From a virus (Duplodnaviria; Heunggongvirae; Uroviricota; Caudoviricetes), in the IMG/VR virus record IMGVR_UViG_2703718801_000025: a DNA stretch of 36,841 nt. The stretch is one strand, 5' to 3'. The position numbers and the translations under genes are program-made. The notes below the pieces were generated by a model, which ran no database searches, had not been told where the DNA came from, and saw only the letters and a list, made by a program, of their open reading frames with translations. This document shows, one piece after another, positions 10,388-19,929 of the stretch (position 1 is its first letter; the number at the start of each line of letters is the position of its first letter).

Positions 10388-11515
10388 ATGCACATGACTA
10401 GAAAAGGATGGCTTCCTGAGCTTGAAGGTCTAAGAGGACTTGCCTCTGTATGGGTATTTATTGGCCATATAGCGATTTTAACAGAATGCAGAATACCTAT
10501 TCTTGGTGAACCAACTTATGGCGTTGATTTGTTCATTCTCTTATCAGGTTTCTTGATGACTAAAAACTATATTGAACGACAAGATATTGAACCATGGATT
10601 AAATTTAGTACAATGAGAAATTTTTGGATTAGGCGATTCTTCCGTATTGCTCCTCTATATTATATTTTATTAGCTATAGCTATCTATTTCGGCCCATATA
10701 TTGGAAATATGAGAGAAATCATTGCCGACTTCTATCCTCAAACGGCAACAGATGTAAATAGATTTTCTGACCAGTCAGTCAAAAACATAATGCTACATCT
10801 TTCCTTCATTTTTGGCGTGATTCCTGACTATAGTTTCAGAACTACCCTGCCTGACTGGAGCATAGGATTGGAAACTCAATATTATTTAATATTCCCATTT
10901 ATTATGATTGCCGCGGAAAAATTCGGAATGCGGCTTTCATTATTAATTACTTCTATACTATCCACTTTTATGTTTTTTATTTTCCCCGATTTTTTCAAAT
11001 CGTTTCACATGCCTTCATTTATTTTAATTAAGCTTCCTATTTTTATTGCCGGAATGCTCGTTTATATGTCTATTTTTAAACATAACAAATCATATCTAGC
11101 ACTCGCTATCTTTGTAATTATAATTGCATCAACAAGTCATATTCATATAAATACAAAACAATTGGTAATACAAATAATATTATGCGCTTTTATATTTTAT
11201 ATTGTCAATGGCGACGACGTATCAAAACAAAATGAATTAAAAAAACAAATCAAAAGAACATTAAATAATAAATTTAGCGTATGGCTTGGTGATGTTTCAT
11301 ACTCTGTGTACTTAATTCACTTACTGATTGTAACACCTGTTTGCGCCTTCCTGTTAAATCATTCCGAGATCCACCATGAACCAGCATTTTTAAGGTTATT
11401 CATAACATCTATAATATGTTTTCCCATAGTTTACTCTCTTTCATATATAAGTTACTTATCTATTGAAAAACCATGCATAAAGATTGGAAAAAAAATAATC
11501 AACACATTTAACTAA
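10388..11515 (+). CDS. acyltransferase family 3 integral membrane protein (O-antigen/LPS acetylase-like) cargo gene
   Basis: 375-aa polytopic membrane ORF with an N-terminal L-R-G...FIGH motif typical of acyltransferase-3 enzymes; strongly AT-rich; opposite strand to flanking tail genes, in the slot P2 uses for Z/fun. Confidence 0.75.
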   Translation: MHMTRKGWLPELEGLRGLASVWVFIGHIAILTECRIPILGEPTYGVDLFILLSGFLMTKNYIERQDIEPWIKFSTMRNFWIRRFFRIAPLYYILLAIAIYFGPYIGNMREIIADFYPQTATDVNRFSDQSVKNIMLHLSFIFGVIPDYSFRTTLPDWSIGLETQYYLIFPFIMIAAEKFGMRLSLLITSILSTFMFFIFPDFFKSFHMPSFILIKLPIFIAGMLVYMSIFKHNKSYLALAIFVIIIASTSHIHINTKQLVIQIILCAFIFYIVNGDDVSKQNELKKQIKRTLNNKFSVWLGDVSYSVYLIHLLIVTPVCAFLLNHSEIHHEPAFLRLFITSIICFPIVYSLSYISYLSIEKPCIKIGKKIINTFN

Positions 11516-11571
11516 ATCTCTACAAGTTACAAAAAAGAACAATCAAACATCATTAAGAAAGACTAATTTTT

Positions 11572-11600
11572 ATGATTCCCCGGTTTCACCGGGGGATCAT
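11572..11600. repeat. near-perfect 13-bp inverted repeat (hairpin) between the convergent acyltransferase and G genes
   Basis: atgattccccggt-ttc-accgggggatcat; no U-run on the correct side for a canonical terminator on either strand. Confidence 0.5.
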
Positions 11601-11695
11601 TAACAATCCAACAATAAAAACTTATTGCAAACGTTCGAGGCAATATAAAAATCGATAAATTAACATATATAAACCATTTTGTTAATGAATAATAA

Positions 11696-12115
11696 TTATT
11701 TTGGCGGTTTTGGCCAAATAATATCCGTCTCACTGGAAGTATCTATCGCAATTACCTCATCGAGATAATCTAACCATAAATGGTACTGCACTAGCTCTTC
11801 GCTTTTCAGACGACCAATGGCTGCTTTACCTGGCCACTGTTTACTGTTTATATACTCATTAGCAATAGAGATTAATTTTTGTTTTTGAGATTCATTTTTT
11901 ATTAATTTTTCCTCATACGATAGCTGGGGGGCATCAAGCCATGCCAGATTCCCATCATCACAAACTCCTAGTACTTTATTTTCTGGCCACGCAACGCCCG
12001 CATATTTTGCGTACTGTTCTGCTGTAATTTCAATAGATGACTTAGGTACAAAAGAACTACCAGGTAAAATATAAAAACCAGTATCTTCACTGCAAAAATA
12101 AAATCGAGTTTTCAT
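11696..12115 (-). CDS. G: tail fibre assembly protein G
   Basis: 139-aa ORF immediately downstream of the tail fibre gene, as in P2. Confidence 0.75.
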   Translation of the reverse strand: MKTRFYFCSEDTGFYILPGSSFVPKSSIEITAEQYAKYAGVAWPENKVLGVCDDGNLAWLDAPQLSYEEKLIKNESQKQKLISIANEYINSKQWPGKAAIGRLKSEELVQYHLWLDYLDEVIAIDTSSETDIIWPKPPK

Positions 12116-12116
12116 A

Positions 12117-13538
12117 TCAGTATCCTATTGCAAGTATACTTCCTGCTGCTGTCCCACCATACCAATTTCCATTCGCAAATTTTAATACTCGTGCAATTAC
12201 AGTTGTTCTTGACGAATTATAAAAATCACCCCCCCACGTTGTTCCAGAATTACCAGGCCATGCTGATTCACTGGCCCCACAATCAACAGCTACTGCATAC
12301 ATTAATGCATTAGAGAATGCCATTGGCAGTGTTATTTTCGCTACTCCGTTACCATCAGAGATGACCCCAGTTACCCACTGAATAATTAACTCCCTCTCTA
12401 CTCCCTCAACGAAGGTTGGAATCGAAATTCGCCCTGATGTGGAGGCCACTGTATTAGATGCCCTCATTTTCGCCGCTTCTCCCAAACCAAGGTATGCGAG
12501 AAGACCAGCTACATCCTTTCCACTCAAATTGGTAAGCGTATTGTCCAGCGGTTGTTTACCTGCCAGCGCATTAAGCATTGTCGTGGCAAAGTTCGGATCA
12601 TTCCCCAGTGCCGCCGCCAGTTCGTTCAGTGTATCCAGTGCCGCAGGTGCAGACCCCACCATTGCTGCAATCGCTGATTTCACAAAAGCTGTAGTGGCAA
12701 TCTGTGTATTGTTGACCGACTGTGCCGCAGTAGGTGCTGTTGGGGTTCCGGTGAGTGCCGGACTCGACAGCGGTGCTTTTAGTGCCAGCGCATTGTTAAT
12801 GGTGGTGCTGAATTTCGGGTCATTGTTAATGGCTGCGGCAATTTCTTTCAGTGTGTCCAGCGTGGCTGGCGCACCGTTAATCAGAGCAGTAATAGCGGCC
12901 TGAACAAACTCAGTGGTCGCAATCCGCGTGGTGTTATTTCCTGCTGCAGGCGTCGGCGCTTTTGGTTCTCCGGTAAATGTCGGATTATGTTTCTGCGCAT
13001 ACTGGGTATGAGGATCTTGTGCGGCAATGTGGTTTCTCATCTGGTCATCCACATACAGCTTTAATTCCAGGACTTCATCATCCACGTATTTACGGGTTGC
13101 CAGCACTACAGCAGGGTCGATTTTCAGGGTGATATTGTCCGTACTGCTGGTAATCAGCACCATGCGCACGGTCTGGGTGCGCCCGCTGCCTTCAGCCAGT
13201 TGCGGCTTATAGCTTTCCGGGCAGTTGCCCACGGCAATCAATGCCCCGGACTCATCAAACAGGCCCACTTCACGTATCCACCAACCACCCTCGTTTTCAG
13301 GGATCACCTGTTCAGCAATAATCTGGCTGCTGTTCTGCGGGTCGATATAAAGCATATTCAGCGCAGCCCGGCGTTTCTCATTTACCAGTGCCGTCTGCTT
13401 TGCGTCCGGCGTTGGCAATACTCCGCCGCCATCGCCCACCGCCATATGGGTAATTTTTAGCGGCACACCGAGCGCGGCGGCGCTGGCAAGTTTCGCCGCG
13501 CCAATATCCGTCAGCAGGGTATAAAATTTTGTGCTCAT
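12117..13538 (-). CDS. H: tail fibre protein H
   Basis: 473-aa ORF with a Gly/Ala/Thr-rich middle carrying two tandem repeats of about 50 aa and a conserved N-terminal baseplate-attachment region. Confidence 0.8.
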   Translation of the reverse strand: MSTKFYTLLTDIGAAKLASAAALGVPLKITHMAVGDGGGVLPTPDAKQTALVNEKRRAALNMLYIDPQNSSQIIAEQVIPENEGGWWIREVGLFDESGALIAVGNCPESYKPQLAEGSGRTQTVRMVLITSSTDNITLKIDPAVVLATRKYVDDEVLELKLYVDDQMRNHIAAQDPHTQYAQKHNPTFTGEPKAPTPAAGNNTTRIATTEFVQAAITALINGAPATLDTLKEIAAAINNDPKFSTTINNALALKAPLSSPALTGTPTAPTAAQSVNNTQIATTAFVKSAIAAMVGSAPAALDTLNELAAALGNDPNFATTMLNALAGKQPLDNTLTNLSGKDVAGLLAYLGLGEAAKMRASNTVASTSGRISIPTFVEGVERELIIQWVTGVISDGNGVAKITLPMAFSNALMYAVAVDCGASESAWPGNSGTTWGGDFYNSSRTTVIARVLKFANGNWYGGTAAGSILAIGY

Positions 13539-14140
13539 GGATTCACTCTCATTGTGTCAATAACATGGACCGCCCCGCCTTCATGCGCGGTGCCACCGGA
13601 AATAATCGTTTCGTTGATATACGGATAGATCGTGATTTCTTCGCCAAGATAGCTGGCGGCTCCCACCCAATGCGGGCCGCTGGTCTGCAGATTGATGGAC
13701 ATGCCGATCATGTGGCGGCTACATGGTTTGGCATCGCTTATCAGTCGCTCAAGTTCCAGATAGGTATCTTCAGTGATGCCCTGGTCCTTCACGCCGATAT
13801 CCAGGCGAAACGTGCCCGGTGCCTCTGCGGTCTGCCACCACTCAATAATGCGGATCAGAAAGCCGAACGGCTCCACCACCCGCCGCACGGCACTGGTGGT
13901 CCCTTTATGCTGATGAATATAAAAAGCATCCTTCACCACCTGGCGCTTGACGCTTTCTGTCCAGCCCTCGTCCCAGCGATCCACAGAGAACGCCCAGGCG
14001 AGATAAGGCAGGAAACTGACCGGACAGGTTGCCGGATTCCACAAGTCACGAAGCGGCACCTGCAGATCAGAAATCCCGCTGCAGGTTTGCGCCAGTCGGC
14101 GTTCCAGTGGTGTTGAACCCGGTGGCAGCAGACTATTCAT
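13535..14140 (-). CDS. I: baseplate protein I
   Basis: 201-aa ORF in the P2 J-I-H order with overlapping start/stop codons. Confidence 0.75.
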   Translation of the reverse strand: MNSLLPPGSTPLERRLAQTCSGISDLQVPLRDLWNPATCPVSFLPYLAWAFSVDRWDEGWTESVKRQVVKDAFYIHQHKGTTSAVRRVVEPFGFLIRIIEWWQTAEAPGTFRLDIGVKDQGITEDTYLELERLISDAKPCSRHMIGMSINLQTSGPHWVGAASYLGEEITIYPYINETIISGGTAHEGGAVHVIDTMRVNP

Positions 14141-15041
14141 CCGTTCCTCCGTTGGTTACGCTCCACTGCGTACATGATGCCGCCTGTGTTTTGTTCAGGA
14201 CCACATCCGCCAGAGGAGAAGCCAGCTCCACACGCTGCACACCCTCAACATGCAGGGCGGCAAAGATGGCGCTACGGCGAATATCCCGACCAAGACGCGT
14301 CTGACTGGCGATGTACTTCTGCAGGCTGGCTTTTGCCGCTGCCATTACCGGCTCTGCTTCCGGTCCAGGATAGAGAAAAATGGTGGCTTCCACACGATAC
14401 GGGATGATTTCTGCGCTGCGAACCGTAAGACGGTCAGCCACCGGGCGGACGTTCTCACTGTTCAGAGCTTTTTCCACCACGTCCAGCAGGTCTTTTTCTG
14501 CAGTTCCATCGCCTTCGCGGCTAAGGACAGTCAGCACCACCTCTGCAGGTGCTGGGCTGGTTGCACTGGCATCCGCCACCCGACCGTCGGCGCTTCGGGC
14601 ATGAAATTCATAAGCTGCAGTTGGCCCCGCAACTGAAAGCCCTTCAAAGGCTGCAGGCACACGCAGGCGTAACGCTTCATCGCTTTCCATCACAGCTGCA
14701 ACGGGCGGCACAGCGTCATTATCAGCAGGCGTCACCGTCAGGCGTTTCACGTTGTAGTTGGCAGCGAGCTGGTCAAGATCGCTGCCCATCGCGTAAGCCA
14801 CCATCACAGCCTGCGCGGCTTCGTTAATGCGCTGGCGCAGAAGCAACTCACGGTAAGCGTTCTCCTGCAGCAATTTGGTGACGGGTTCAGATTCCAGTTC
14901 CAGCGTGCGGATCACGGCTTCCTGCTCATCTTTCGGATGAAGCGCAACAAATTCGGCCTTGCGTTCGGCAAGCAGCGTCTCAAAGTCCGGCACATCCACA
15001 ATCTGCGGCGCAGGCAACTGCGAAAGGTCAATCACTGCCAT
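14133..15041 (-). CDS. J: baseplate protein J
   Basis: ORF starting MAVIDLSQLPAP (302 aa from the internal Met; the track ORF extends to 15080). Confidence 0.75.
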   Translation of the reverse strand: MAVIDLSQLPAPQIVDVPDFETLLAERKAEFVALHPKDEQEAVIRTLELESEPVTKLLQENAYRELLLRQRINEAAQAVMVAYAMGSDLDQLAANYNVKRLTVTPADNDAVPPVAAVMESDEALRLRVPAAFEGLSVAGPTAAYEFHARSADGRVADASATSPAPAEVVLTVLSREGDGTAEKDLLDVVEKALNSENVRPVADRLTVRSAEIIPYRVEATIFLYPGPEAEPVMAAAKASLQKYIASQTRLGRDIRRSAIFAALHVEGVQRVELASPLADVVLNKTQAASCTQWSVTNGGTDE

Positions 15042-15387
15042 TCTCTGCTCCTGTTGATACGGAAAGGGAAACAGGCACACCGTTATTACGCCGCCCGCTC
15101 AGCGCCACCACCATTGAACCGTCAAAATTGCTGTTGATGGTGATGGAATCCAGCGTCATCCGTGGTTCCCAGCGACTCAGCGCCACATACACTGCCGACA
15201 TGACCTGCAGGCGTAATGCCGGATTTTGTGGCTGGTCTATTAGCGACGACAGCAGGGAACCATATTCACGACGAGCAATGCGGCTACCCTGCGGCGTCAG
15301 CAGAATGTCCCGCACCGACTGGCGCAGATGGTCAATATCAGTAATGACTTTGCCGCTGGTATTGTTCATCCCACTATAAAGCGTCAT
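15028..15387 (-). CDS. W: baseplate wedge protein W (GPW/gp25 family)
   Basis: 119-aa ORF between V and J. Confidence 0.75.
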   Translation of the reverse strand: MTLYSGMNNTSGKVITDIDHLRQSVRDILLTPQGSRIARREYGSLLSSLIDQPQNPALRLQVMSAVYVALSRWEPRMTLDSITINSNFDGSMVVALSGRRNNGVPVSLSVSTGAENGSD

Positions 15388-15962
15388 ACCGGGCCTCCGG
15401 TTGTATCGCCGCCTTTCAGGACGCCAGTATGCTGATGCGTATCAACCACGATCCCGTTAGAACTCATCGCTCCGCCGCCCTGGGTAACGCCACCATTGAT
15501 CACCACTTCGCTGTTAATGCGCGTGCGGTCAGCCTCCAGTACAAACTCACTGGTTTTCATGGTGATGTTGTCAGCGGCCTCAATGACCATTGATTTGATG
15601 CCCCTGACATACCACCGCCCGGTGGCGGGTTCGTATTCAAACCAGCCACCGTCAGGATGTTCTGTCACGCAGGCGTTCGCCGACGTCGACGGTGGCGCGA
15701 ACTGATTCGAATAGATGGCGGGTAACGCAAAGGCGGTTTCCAGATTGCCGCCCAGACTCAGCAGCACCACCTGCTCACCTTCTGATGGTCGCCACCATGT
15801 GCGGGCATTCCCGGCACGCAGCGTCAGCCAGCTGATCCAGTTGGTTTCAAGCTCGCCTGTTTTCACCCGACAAAGCCAGTTTTCCCGGTCCACTTCGGTG
15901 ACTACACCTGTGCGGATCAGATTGGTGATAAGGCGCATGATTTCGGTTAATTGTGCGTTCAT
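15384..15962 (-). CDS. V: baseplate assembly/spike protein V
   Basis: 192-aa ORF that opens the V-W-J-I-H-G block. Confidence 0.75.
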   Translation of the reverse strand: MNAQLTEIMRLITNLIRTGVVTEVDRENWLCRVKTGELETNWISWLTLRAGNARTWWRPSEGEQVVLLSLGGNLETAFALPAIYSNQFAPPSTSANACVTEHPDGGWFEYEPATGRWYVRGIKSMVIEAADNITMKTSEFVLEADRTRINSEVVINGGVTQGGGAMSSNGIVVDTHQHTGVLKGGDTTGGPV

Positions 15963-16008
15963 AGGGAAAGGTTGCCATCAGGGGAAGAAAGGCGGCAGTG
16001 CTGCAACT

Positions 16009-16026
16009 TGTATCAGTGCTGATACA
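16009..16026. promoter_or_regulatory. TGT-N12-ACA dyad between S and V; possible Ogr site for the V operon
   Basis: Nearly perfect palindrome ttgtatcagtgctgatacaa, but only about 55 bp from the V ATG versus 85-87 bp for the F and O elements, so the geometry is uncertain. Confidence 0.3.
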
Positions 16027-16030
16027 AAGA

Positions 16031-16477
16031 TCACCCCGCCAGCCATTGTAGAATCATGTCGCGGGTCATTGCCTCAACATCATCATTTACACCCAGCAGG
16101 CGGCGCTCTGCGTAACGGACCTCCGGTCCTTTGCGACTGACGCGATCACGCAGACCGTAATGGTGAACACGGGCAATACGCTGCACCTTGCCTTCAAACT
16201 GTACGCTGGCAGAGTCGGCGCTGGCGGCAGTTTTCAGGTATTTTGTGGTGCGCAGCTTTGCAAACATCTGACGTTTGATGCGCCCCTTCTTGCTGCGTGC
16301 TGTTACCCTGCGCGGTTCATAACTGCTACCATCTGGATTGCGCTGCATCCTGATATTCTGCTGCTGTGTCCGGTGCAGTTCCTGCGCCAGCTGGCGCATC
16401 ATTCGGCTTCTTGCGGCTGGTTCCAGATTCGCCAGTAAAGCACTCAGCCAGTCGTCCACCTTCTGCAGTTCAGCCAC
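16031..16477 (-). CDS. S: tail completion protein S
   Basis: 148-aa ORF in the P2 R-S position. Confidence 0.7.
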   Translation of the reverse strand: MAELQKVDDWLSALLANLEPAARSRMMRQLAQELHRTQQQNIRMQRNPDGSSYEPRRVTARSKKGRIKRQMFAKLRTTKYLKTAASADSASVQFEGKVQRIARVHHYGLRDRVSRKGPEVRYAERRLLGVNDDVEAMTRDMILQWLAG

Positions 16478-16922
16478 GTTTCACCGTCCACATTTCTTCA
16501 GGTTCATCGGGTTCCGCTACCGCTTCAACGCTCGACACACTGCCGTCAGTGCTGACCAGCACACGCTCCGTCAGCTGCAGGTTCAGGCTGATATCACAGA
16601 CATCGTTGCGCAGAATATCCACCTCAAAGGTGAATAGCTTTTCCCGTAACGTCGGGTTATTGATGGCATCAGGCTGGTTATCCCGCAGCCACAGCAAAAC
16701 CGGGGCCATCAGCAGATTCTGGTCGCCGCTGAAATCTTCAATCACCGCGTTCAGGGTGTAACGGTACTCCCACGACATGGAGCTGGCCCCCGTGGCAACC
16801 AGCGAACCGTTATCCACAAACAGATGCAGTTTGTCCGGGTTATTGCGGACATAAGGCACCGCTTTATTGAGGGCGTGGCGCAGGGATTGTGGTTTGTTCA
16901 CTGTTTCGCTCCTGACACGCAA
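16470..16922 (-). CDS. R: tail completion protein R
   Basis: 150-aa ORF in the P2 R-S position. Confidence 0.7.
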   Translation of the reverse strand: MRVRSETVNKPQSLRHALNKAVPYVRNNPDKLHLFVDNGSLVATGASSMSWEYRYTLNAVIEDFSGDQNLLMAPVLLWLRDNQPDAINNPTLREKLFTFEVDILRNDVCDISLNLQLTERVLVSTDGSVSSVEAVAEPDEPEEMWTVKRG

Positions 16923-17154
16923 TAATCATGTCCACTTTGTCTGCACAGACCGCCCAGGCGGCCTCCGTTTCATCCAGCAACGCGTTCAGATCACCGTTAG
17001 TGCGCGGCGCTGCCTGATCCAGCCGACACGGCGTCACTCGCGGACAACCACTGACGGTAAGCTGCACCTCCGGTGAGCGTCGGACGTTCCCGCAGCCGGA
17101 TAATGTCAGCAGGCAAAGGAGTATCAGCCCAGCGGCGTAAATCCTCGTTCTCAC
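16864..17154 (-). CDS. lysC: outer-membrane spanin lipoprotein (Rz1-like)
   Basis: 96-aa ORF in an alternative frame over the 3' end of lysB; signal peptide plus lipobox LTLSGC. Confidence 0.65.
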   Translation of the reverse strand: MRTRIYAAGLILLCLLTLSGCGNVRRSPEVQLTVSGCPRVTPCRLDQAAPRTNGDLNALLDETEAAWAVCADKVDMIIACQERNSEQTTIPAPRPQ

Positions 17155-17425
17155 GTTTCAGTTCCTCAATCCGATGTTGTCGTTGTCTCAGCAGCGCGTT
17201 GGTCTGTTCTGCTTCGGCATAGAGCCGCGCCTGCTCCCGGTTATTGGTTTCAGTCAGAATGGACAGGCTGATAAGCTGGCTGTTGCTCTTTGCCAGTGCC
17301 TGGCTTTTGCTCCGCAGCTCGTCTGCCTGCGTGCTGATGGTCTGGCTGGCATCAGCCAGCCGCCACGTCTGCCAGCCCAGCGACGCCAGTAATAACGCCA
17401 GCACAACCAGCAGCAACCGGTTCAT
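16997..17425 (-). CDS. lysB: inner-membrane spanin (Rz-like)
   Basis: 142-aa ORF with one N-terminal transmembrane helix followed by a coiled-coil region. Confidence 0.7.
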   Translation of the reverse strand: MNRLLLVVLALLLASLGWQTWRLADASQTISTQADELRSKSQALAKSNSQLISLSILTETNNREQARLYAEAEQTNALLRQRQHRIEELKRENEDLRRWADTPLPADIIRLRERPTLTGGAAYRQWLSASDAVSAGSGSAAH

Positions 17426-17799
17426 GCTGCTACCTGTTGCGCCATCTGGTTACGAGTGATCCAGAAGGCAATAACGGTCAGCAGATAAAAGACCAGGGTA
17501 ATGGCCCACCCCGTCCAGGCGAGACTTACGATAATCAGCAATCGCATAACCCAGCTGATAAATACGTTTTCTTTTCGGGTAATGCTCTTCAGCAAAGATG
17601 CCCTCAACTCCTGCCAGAGCGGGCCGTTCTTAATTAACGCAACCAGTGCTACCGGAATTGCCCCCCATGTCAGCAGGCAGGCTACCCAGACACCGGACGC
17701 TGCCAGTACCGGAAAAATCCCCTGCGGATACACCATTGCTGCGATTAACAGCGCCATCCATAACATCAGAAACAGTCCGCTGATTAATTTCTTTTTCAT
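17422..17799 (-). CDS. lysA: lysis timing/regulatory membrane protein
   Basis: Multi-transmembrane ORF starting MKKKLISGLF after the endolysin gene; the track ORF extends to 17871. Confidence 0.6.
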   Translation of the reverse strand: MKKKLISGLFLMLWMALLIAAMVYPQGIFPVLAASGVWVACLLTWGAIPVALVALIKNGPLWQELRASLLKSITRKENVFISWVMRLLIIVSLAWTGWAITLVFYLLTVIAFWITRNQMAQQVAA

Positions 17800-17800
17800 T

Positions 17801-18313
17801 TCAGTTTGCTCCCTGTAAACACCAGGCCATCTCCCGCGCACGGCGGTTATCCAGCCCCTGATTAAACACACCTTTTACATAAACCCAGCGCGGCAACTGT
17901 CGGCACGCATCCGCCCAGCGCCGCTGATTGAGCAATTTCACCAGCGTGGAGCTGCAGGCATTGCCCGTCCCCACGTTGAAGGCAAACGACACCGTAGCGT
18001 CATACACCTTCTGTGGTGGCTGTTGCTTCACACACCTTTCCAGTGCCCGCTCCACACGCAGCACGTTGGAGATCAGCCCTTCTGCTGCCTGTCGTTCCGT
18101 GATTGTTTTGCCGGGAATGACGCCCGATGTATTACCAATGCCGTCGGTCCAGACACCCGCGCTGCACTGATACGGCTGCAGACGACAGCCTTCGTAATCG
18201 GCAATCAGTTTCAGCCCCTCCACGGAGGTGTGAAGCTGCTGAAAACCCGGCAGCGTGGCAGCAATAGCCAGCACAGCCCCGACAAGGCAGCGTTTAACGA
18301 TTGATGGATTCAT
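17801..18313 (-). CDS. K: endolysin (phage lysozyme)
   Basis: 170-aa ORF in the P2 K position. Confidence 0.8.
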   Translation of the reverse strand: MNPSIVKRCLVGAVLAIAATLPGFQQLHTSVEGLKLIADYEGCRLQPYQCSAGVWTDGIGNTSGVIPGKTITERQAAEGLISNVLRVERALERCVKQQPPQKVYDATVSFAFNVGTGNACSSTLVKLLNQRRWADACRQLPRWVYVKGVFNQGLDNRRAREMAWCLQGAN

Positions 18314-18509
18314 AGTCCTCCCGCGAGATCTGCCCGTCGCGCAGAAGCTGGTAGGCTTTGTGTTTGTAGTACCAGTTGATAGCCAGCATCAGCACACCGA
18401 TCATCAGGCCGCCCAGCGTTGAGGCATCCTTGATGGACAAATCGCCCAGCCAGGCCAGCACGACGGCGATGCAATACGTGATAAAGGCGCTGATTCGCTC
18501 AAGCGTCAT
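18294..18509 (-). CDS. Y: holin
   Basis: 71-aa ORF with two hydrophobic helices and a charged C-terminus, immediately upstream of the endolysin. Confidence 0.65.
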   Translation of the reverse strand: MTLERISAFITYCIAVVLAWLGDLSIKDASTLGGLMIGVLMLAINWYYKHKAYQLLRDGQISREDYESINR

Positions 18510-18512
18510 AAT

Positions 18513-18716
18513 TCAGTCCCATAGCTGGACGGTCTGCACGGTGGTGGTTGTCGGAATGTCCGGCAGCTCCACCTGCAGCCCGTGAGGTAAAAAGGGGCCG
18601 TATTCGGCAAGCCCCGGATTTGCCTTCAGTACCTGCTCCGTGACACCCTGCGTGCGCCCGTAATGACGCCAGCAAAGCGCGTCCACCGTGTCATACTGAT
18701 GCGCACGCACTTTCAT
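18513..18716 (-). CDS. X: tail protein X
   Basis: 67-aa ORF, same length and position as P2 gpX. Confidence 0.7.
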   Translation of the reverse strand: MKVRAHQYDTVDALCWRHYGRTQGVTEQVLKANPGLAEYGPFLPHGLQVELPDIPTTTTVQTVQLWD

Positions 18717-19243
18717 CAGATAAGCTCCACTGTGCAGTGCGGCGCATCCTGCACCCGACTGATGGCCCAGCGGGCGTCACGCCACAAATCACCGCTGGAT
18801 TCCGCCAGTTCCTCGCCCCGCTTCACACCGGATGCCGTGGCGTCATAGTCTTGGTATCGTTCGTTGAGCATGGCGCGTGCCCAGCAGTAAACCGCGTTGA
18901 AATAGTGCTGAATGCGCTCACTTTTGCCGTCCAGCTGTTCCGCCGGAACCTCAGCCAGCGACACATATCCCAGCATCTGCTGACGTCTACGAAACTCATA
19001 CAGCTCTGCGTTGACCTCCGAAATTGCCGACAGGGCAACCTGCTTTAAACGCGGCTGCGTCACCGTGCCGTCAGTGCGCATCACGCTGCGAAACTCCGAC
19101 AGGTCCACATCAGGCCAGAACGGCGTATTTCTGATGATTTCCGCCTGTTCCGGTGCCTGTTCTGGCGCAACAAACTTCATGCTGCTTTCTCCTGAAATAG
19201 AGGGCGGTGGACGGGATTTTGATGTGGCTGTGCCTTTCGCCAC
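18716..19243 (-). CDS. L: head completion/stabilisation protein L
   Basis: 175-aa ORF between M and X. Confidence 0.7.
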   Translation of the reverse strand: MAKGTATSKSRPPPSISGESSMKFVAPEQAPEQAEIIRNTPFWPDVDLSEFRSVMRTDGTVTQPRLKQVALSAISEVNAELYEFRRRQQMLGYVSLAEVPAEQLDGKSERIQHYFNAVYCWARAMLNERYQDYDATASGVKRGEELAESSGDLWRDARWAISRVQDAPHCTVELI

Positions 19244-19275
19244 CCCGTGCCGCCCGTGCGCGGGGGCACGTTCTG

Positions 19276-19926
19276 TCAGCGGCTGTCATTGCGCAGTCTG
19301 CGCTCCAGCTGCTGTTTGTCTTTTTTCACGCCACAGCGGGGATCGAGCTGTAACGCATGGTTGAGATGGTTAAGGGCAGAAGCCGGATTGCTTTCACTCA
19401 GGACAGCGCCAATCGCTTTATGCAGACGCGCCCGTGACTGGTCCGGCATATCCAGACCGTCTGTCAGCTCCAGCGTCTGCAACAACAGATCGGCATCAAA
19501 GCCGGTGGCGGCAAGCATTGCGCTCTGCGCCGCGTCTGCCATTTCCTCTGCCAGCACGGTCTGCACATTGCGGTTACCCAGCGGCATCACCCAGCCATGA
19601 CGCAGGGCATGACGCCCGATCTCCAACGCCCCGGCATAATCTCCGGCATCAATGCGCCACAGCATCACGTACATCAGCACGTCATCCTGCTGTGCGCCTC
19701 CGGCAGTCAGGACACCCTCTGCCCAGGCGGCGTACTTCGGCAGCAGCTCCACCTTGATTTCCGCTTTTTTGACCGTGGACTGAACGCCCTTGAGACGGCG
19801 GCGGTCTTCCGCCAGTTGCAGCAGCATCAGGTCATAGCCCGACGCGTGGCGAACACTGCCGCCCTCGCGGGCGGCCTGTTCAGCCTGAACGCGCAGGCGA
19901 TGCTGCCGTGCGGGACTCAGGCTCAT
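19276..19926 (-). CDS. M: terminase small (endonuclease) subunit M
   Basis: 216-aa ORF downstream of N. Confidence 0.7.
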   Translation of the reverse strand: MSLSPARQHRLRVQAEQAAREGGSVRHASGYDLMLLQLAEDRRRLKGVQSTVKKAEIKVELLPKYAAWAEGVLTAGGAQQDDVLMYVMLWRIDAGDYAGALEIGRHALRHGWVMPLGNRNVQTVLAEEMADAAQSAMLAATGFDADLLLQTLELTDGLDMPDQSRARLHKAIGAVLSESNPASALNHLNHALQLDPRCGVKKDKQQLERRLRNDSR

Positions 19927-19929
19927 GGT

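Noticed and set aside
11572-11600. The 13-bp inverted repeat as a canonical intrinsic terminator
   Set aside because: The T-run lies 5' of the hairpin on the plus strand, giving an A-run after it on the minus strand, so neither strand has the hairpin-then-U-tract geometry. Kept as an inverted repeat only.
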